NCBI GenBank assembly: GCA_945866135.1
Contig: CAMBGF010000003.1
Span: 1-52,398, forward strand
Reading direction: 5' to 3'
From: Bifidobacterium breve
GTDB taxonomy: Bacteria; Actinomycetota; Actinomycetes; S36-B12; UBA5976
Length of the DNA: 52,398 nt
Positions within the stretch are counted from its first letter, which is position 1, and the number at the start of each line of letters is the position of its first letter. The position numbers were made by a program, and so were the translations under genes. The notes under the pieces are model-generated. The model was not told where the DNA came from, did not search any database, and saw nothing but the letters and a program-made list of their open reading frames with translations. This document shows, one piece after another, positions 49,676 through 52,398 of the stretch.

Positions 49676-50893
49676 TTAGTTAAGGGTTTCAGCGCCAGAA
49701 CGGGCTGCGGCCAACAATTCTTTAGCTTGCACTAACTGTGCTGAGAGCTTGGCTTCATCGCCAGACTTTGCAGCAGCTAATTGCTTCTCCAATTTCGCAA
49801 TACTTGCCTCAAATGAAGTCACTAATGAATTAGCCCGCTGCACAACCTCAGGCTTAGTGCGATGCCATTGTTCCTCTGTGACTTTGCGAATTGCATCTTC
49901 CACAGCTTTTAGTCTGCGCTCGATCTTTTCCTTATCGTTGCGCGGAACATGTCCAGCTTTCTCCCAAGTTTCCTGGATCTCGCGAAGTGCAGATTTAGCA
50001 GCATCAACGCTGGTAATTGGAAGTAGGGATTCAGCTCGCTTAAGCAACTCGAGTTTGATATCTAAGTTCTTGGTGAATTCTTCCTCACGGACGGAGTTGG
50101 CAGCATTGCGGTTAGTGAAGAATTTGTCCTGAACTGCTTTGAATTCGGCCCAAAGTTTTTCTTCTTCACCTTTTGCAGCTCGCGCTAACGTCTTCCATTC
50201 ATCCATCATCTTTTTGTAGGCCGCAGTAGTTGCTGCCCAATCCGAAGATCCGGCTAGTTCATCTGCCTTCTTGATCAGCGACTTCTTAGCAGTTACGGCT
50301 TGGGTACGACTGGCATCCAAAGTTGAAAAATATGCTCGACGTGCTTTATCAAAACCGGAGCGCGCATGGCTAAAGCGCTTCCAAAGTTCTTGTTCTTTAG
50401 CGCGGTCTGTTGTTGGCAAACTCTTCCACTCGGCAAGTAACTCTTTGTACTTTTCGCCCGTAACTTTCCAGGCATTAGATTTTTCCAGAGATTCAGAAAG
50501 TGCAACCAGCTCTTCTCGTCTAGCTAGCGCTGCTGCCTTGATTGCAGTTTTCTTCGCAGCCGCAGCCGCCTTTTTCTCGGCAAAGCCTGCTAGCAAAGAT
50601 TCTTTACCTGCTTTAATTTTTTCTAGATCACCGAGCAGATTTGGTTCAGAAAGAGACTTTTCAATTCGCTCTATCAACGCAGTAACCGTGTCGAGATTGC
50701 CTTTACCGTCTTTAAGCCGGGCTGCTGCAAGTTCGATCTCGGCCATTAAATCTTCATAACGCTTAGTGAAAAATGCCAGACCCTCACTTGGGTCACCCGC
50801 GGCGTACTGCCCAACTTTTATCGGATTTGGTGTGCCATTTAAAAATACGTTTCCAGCTTCGTCAACGTATCCAAATTCGTTAGTTGTTGTCAT
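49676..50893 (-). CDS. DUF349 domain-containing protein
   Basis: FGYVDEAG.V...VGQY; repeated W...EQELWKRF helical units; ATG 50893 behind GAGGA. Confidence 0.88.
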   Translation of the reverse strand: MTTTNEFGYVDEAGNVFLNGTPNPIKVGQYAAGDPSEGLAFFTKRYEDLMAEIELAAARLKDGKGNLDTVTALIERIEKSLSEPNLLGDLEKIKAGKESLLAGFAEKKAAAAAKKTAIKAAALARREELVALSESLEKSNAWKVTGEKYKELLAEWKSLPTTDRAKEQELWKRFSHARSGFDKARRAYFSTLDASRTQAVTAKKSLIKKADELAGSSDWAATTAAYKKMMDEWKTLARAAKGEEEKLWAEFKAVQDKFFTNRNAANSVREEEFTKNLDIKLELLKRAESLLPITSVDAAKSALREIQETWEKAGHVPRNDKEKIERRLKAVEDAIRKVTEEQWHRTKPEVVQRANSLVTSFEASIAKLEKQLAAAKSGDEAKLSAQLVQAKELLAAARSGAETLN

Positions 50894-50944
50894 GGCCAAG
50901 TCCTCTTGATCGGGTCCCCGGGGGGCTCTTGTGTGCAATTACAA

Positions 50945-51745
50945 TTATGGCGTAGTTGAAGCTCTGCTAATTACGACCGCTTGAGTTGGCGATCCATCAG
51001 ATGAGCCATTAGAAACACCAGCAGTTGCTATGTTTTCCAGGACTTCTAGCCCAGAAGTTATGCTTCCCCAGATTGTGTAATTAGGCGGCAACGGCGAATC
51101 TTGGTAGACCAAAAAGAATTGGCTGCCATTTGTATTTGGCCCACTGTTTGCCATAGCAACTGTGCCGCGAGGGTAAATGTAGTTCCCATCAGTGCCAGCT
51201 AGTGGGAGATTTTCATCAGCAAACTTAAATCCTGGTCCACCTGTTCGGTCACCTGCCGGATCACCACACTGCAGCACAAAAATTCCTTGAGTTGTTAGGC
51301 GACTACAGGCGGTGTTATTAAAAAATCCGTCATTAGCAAGCCACGCCATAGTTCCAACTGTGGTCGGGGTGTTTGGATCTGCGGAAAATTCAATCGTGCC
51401 GCAATTTGTTTCCAATGTGAATGCACTGGCAGTCGGCAACTCGGTAGTCACCGAGCCGTAAATGATGTTGTTTGCGCGAACTGTGGCAGGAAGTTCGCAA
51501 CCAGGAATTGGCGCGGCAGTTGAAATTGGGGCAACGCTCGGGGTGGCACTTGTTGTTTCGGCAGGTAGTGCTAGATCCTGTTCAGTTTGAGTGCTCTGGT
51601 AATTGAGCCAAAGTGGGATTAGGAGAACTGCGATACCGATTCCAGCCACGACCAGAAAGGTGTTTCTGGTTCGACGATGCGTACGCCGATTTTGCTGGCG
51701 TAGGTATTTTGCGTGGGCTAATTTTCGAGCACGTTTTGAAGGCAC
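50945..51745 (-). CDS. Membrane-anchored cyclophilin-type peptidyl-prolyl isomerase
   Basis: N-terminal TM; [30 protein letters not shown]. Confidence 0.93.
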   Translation of the reverse strand: MPSKRARKLAHAKYLRQQNRRTHRRTRNTFLVVAGIGIAVLLIPLWLNYQSTQTEQDLALPAETTSATPSVAPISTAAPIPGCELPATVRANNIIYGSVTTELPTASAFTLETNCGTIEFSADPNTPTTVGTMAWLANDGFFNNTACSRLTTQGIFVLQCGDPAGDRTGGPGFKFADENLPLAGTDGNYIYPRGTVAMANSGPNTNGSQFFLVYQDSPLPPNYTIWGSITSGLEVLENIATAGVSNGSSDGSPTQAVVISRASTTP

Positions 51746-51823
51746 AAGTCATAATTCTACGGTGCCAAGGAATTGCCACAAATCACGGTATCCTAGGGGA
51801 ATATCTAGCACAGGAGCGTGAAA

Positions 51824-52398
51824 ATGTTAATCGAAAGCTTTGGCGCTGGCCCTTGGCAGACTAACTGTTATGTGCTTGCCACTGGGGAAAATTCTGAGTG
51901 CATCATTATCGATCCAGGTCTAGGCTCGGCTCCACAGATCCGTGAGATCATCGAAGAAAAACACCTTAAACCGATTGCCACAATGCTTACCCATGGTCAC
52001 ATTGACCACATGTGGTCGATTTTCCCCGTGGCAACTGGCTATGGAATTCCGGCTTTCATTCATGGTGACGATCGATTCTTACTAAATGATCCTGGCGCAG
52101 GCGTATCGATTGAAACAAAAAATGCACTAATGGACATGATGTCATCAGAAGATGTTTTCGCTGAACCAGCCGACACCCGGGAACTCACCGACAAAATGAC
52201 TTTGGAGCTAGCCGGTTTAACTTTCACTGTGCTGCATGCACCTGGTCATACCCAGGGTTCCATCTTGTTCGAGTTCGAGGGCGATCGTAAACAAATCTTT
52301 ACTGGTGATGTTCTTTTCGCAGGCGCAATTGGGCGCACAGACTTACCAGGGAGTTCACCGGATGACATGGATGCATCCTTGCGGGACGTAGTTTTGCA
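51824..52398 (+). CDS. MBL-fold metallo-hydrolase (glyoxalase II-like), 3' end outside the window
   Basis: Not in the ORF track; reads MLIESFGAGPWQTNCY...IDPG...THGHIDH...PGHTQG...FTGD; RBS AGGAG. Confidence 0.92.
   Translation, partial: MLIESFGAGPWQTNCYVLATGENSECIIIDPGLGSAPQIREIIEEKHLKPIATMLTHGHIDHMWSIFPVATGYGIPAFIHGDDRFLLNDPGAGVSIETKNALMDMMSSEDVFAEPADTRELTDKMTLELAGLTFTVLHAPGHTQGSILFEFEGDRKQIFTGDVLFAGAIGRTDLPGSSPDDMDASLRDVVL

Noticed and set aside
37815-50759. Long alternative ORFs (37815-38282, 39465-39881, 40112-40642, 49041-49484, 49749-50132, 50271-50759)
   Set aside because: Antisense shadows of well-supported core genes with no recognisable domains.
1-52398. CRISPR arrays, IS elements, integrases, toxin-antitoxin or restriction systems
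   Set aside because: No regularly spaced repeats, terminal repeats or matching ORFs seen; nearly all sequence is explained by core genes.

Overview
This 52.4-kb window is a core-chromosome segment from a compact, roughly 48-50% GC (judged by eye) actinobacterium. The gene order matches Mycobacterium/Streptomyces (sigA, suhB, DUF4193/DUF3093/dut/DUF3710/DUF3159, dxs-rnd-DUF3000-msrB, tRNA Gly-Cys-Val, thrS-HIT-pgsA-patA-pimA-pdxST-yebC-ruvCAB-secDF-apt-rel-ppiB). Low GC, tiny spacers and missing genes suggest a streamlined aquatic lineage (inference). I find 55 protein genes (2 cut by the window edges) and 3 tRNAs, and no IS, prophage, integrase, CRISPR or defence system. Best leads: (1) a putative sepH-parC-GH25 muramidase operon with ATGA coupling and WhiA-like GACAC promoter elements; (2) a 64-aa, 9-Cys metal-binding protein next to an FNR / beta-carbonic anhydrase / tautomerase operon; (3) an intact but P-loop-less, half-length remnant of EF-G2; (4) a candidate ~60-nt sRNA with a GGAGGGGAA loop; (5) a perfect 18-bp palindromic operator over the acnA start; (6) empty syntenic slots for hemE-hemY-hemQ, TrkA/APC and yajC. 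All family calls come from motif recognition and recalled synteny; no database searches were run.
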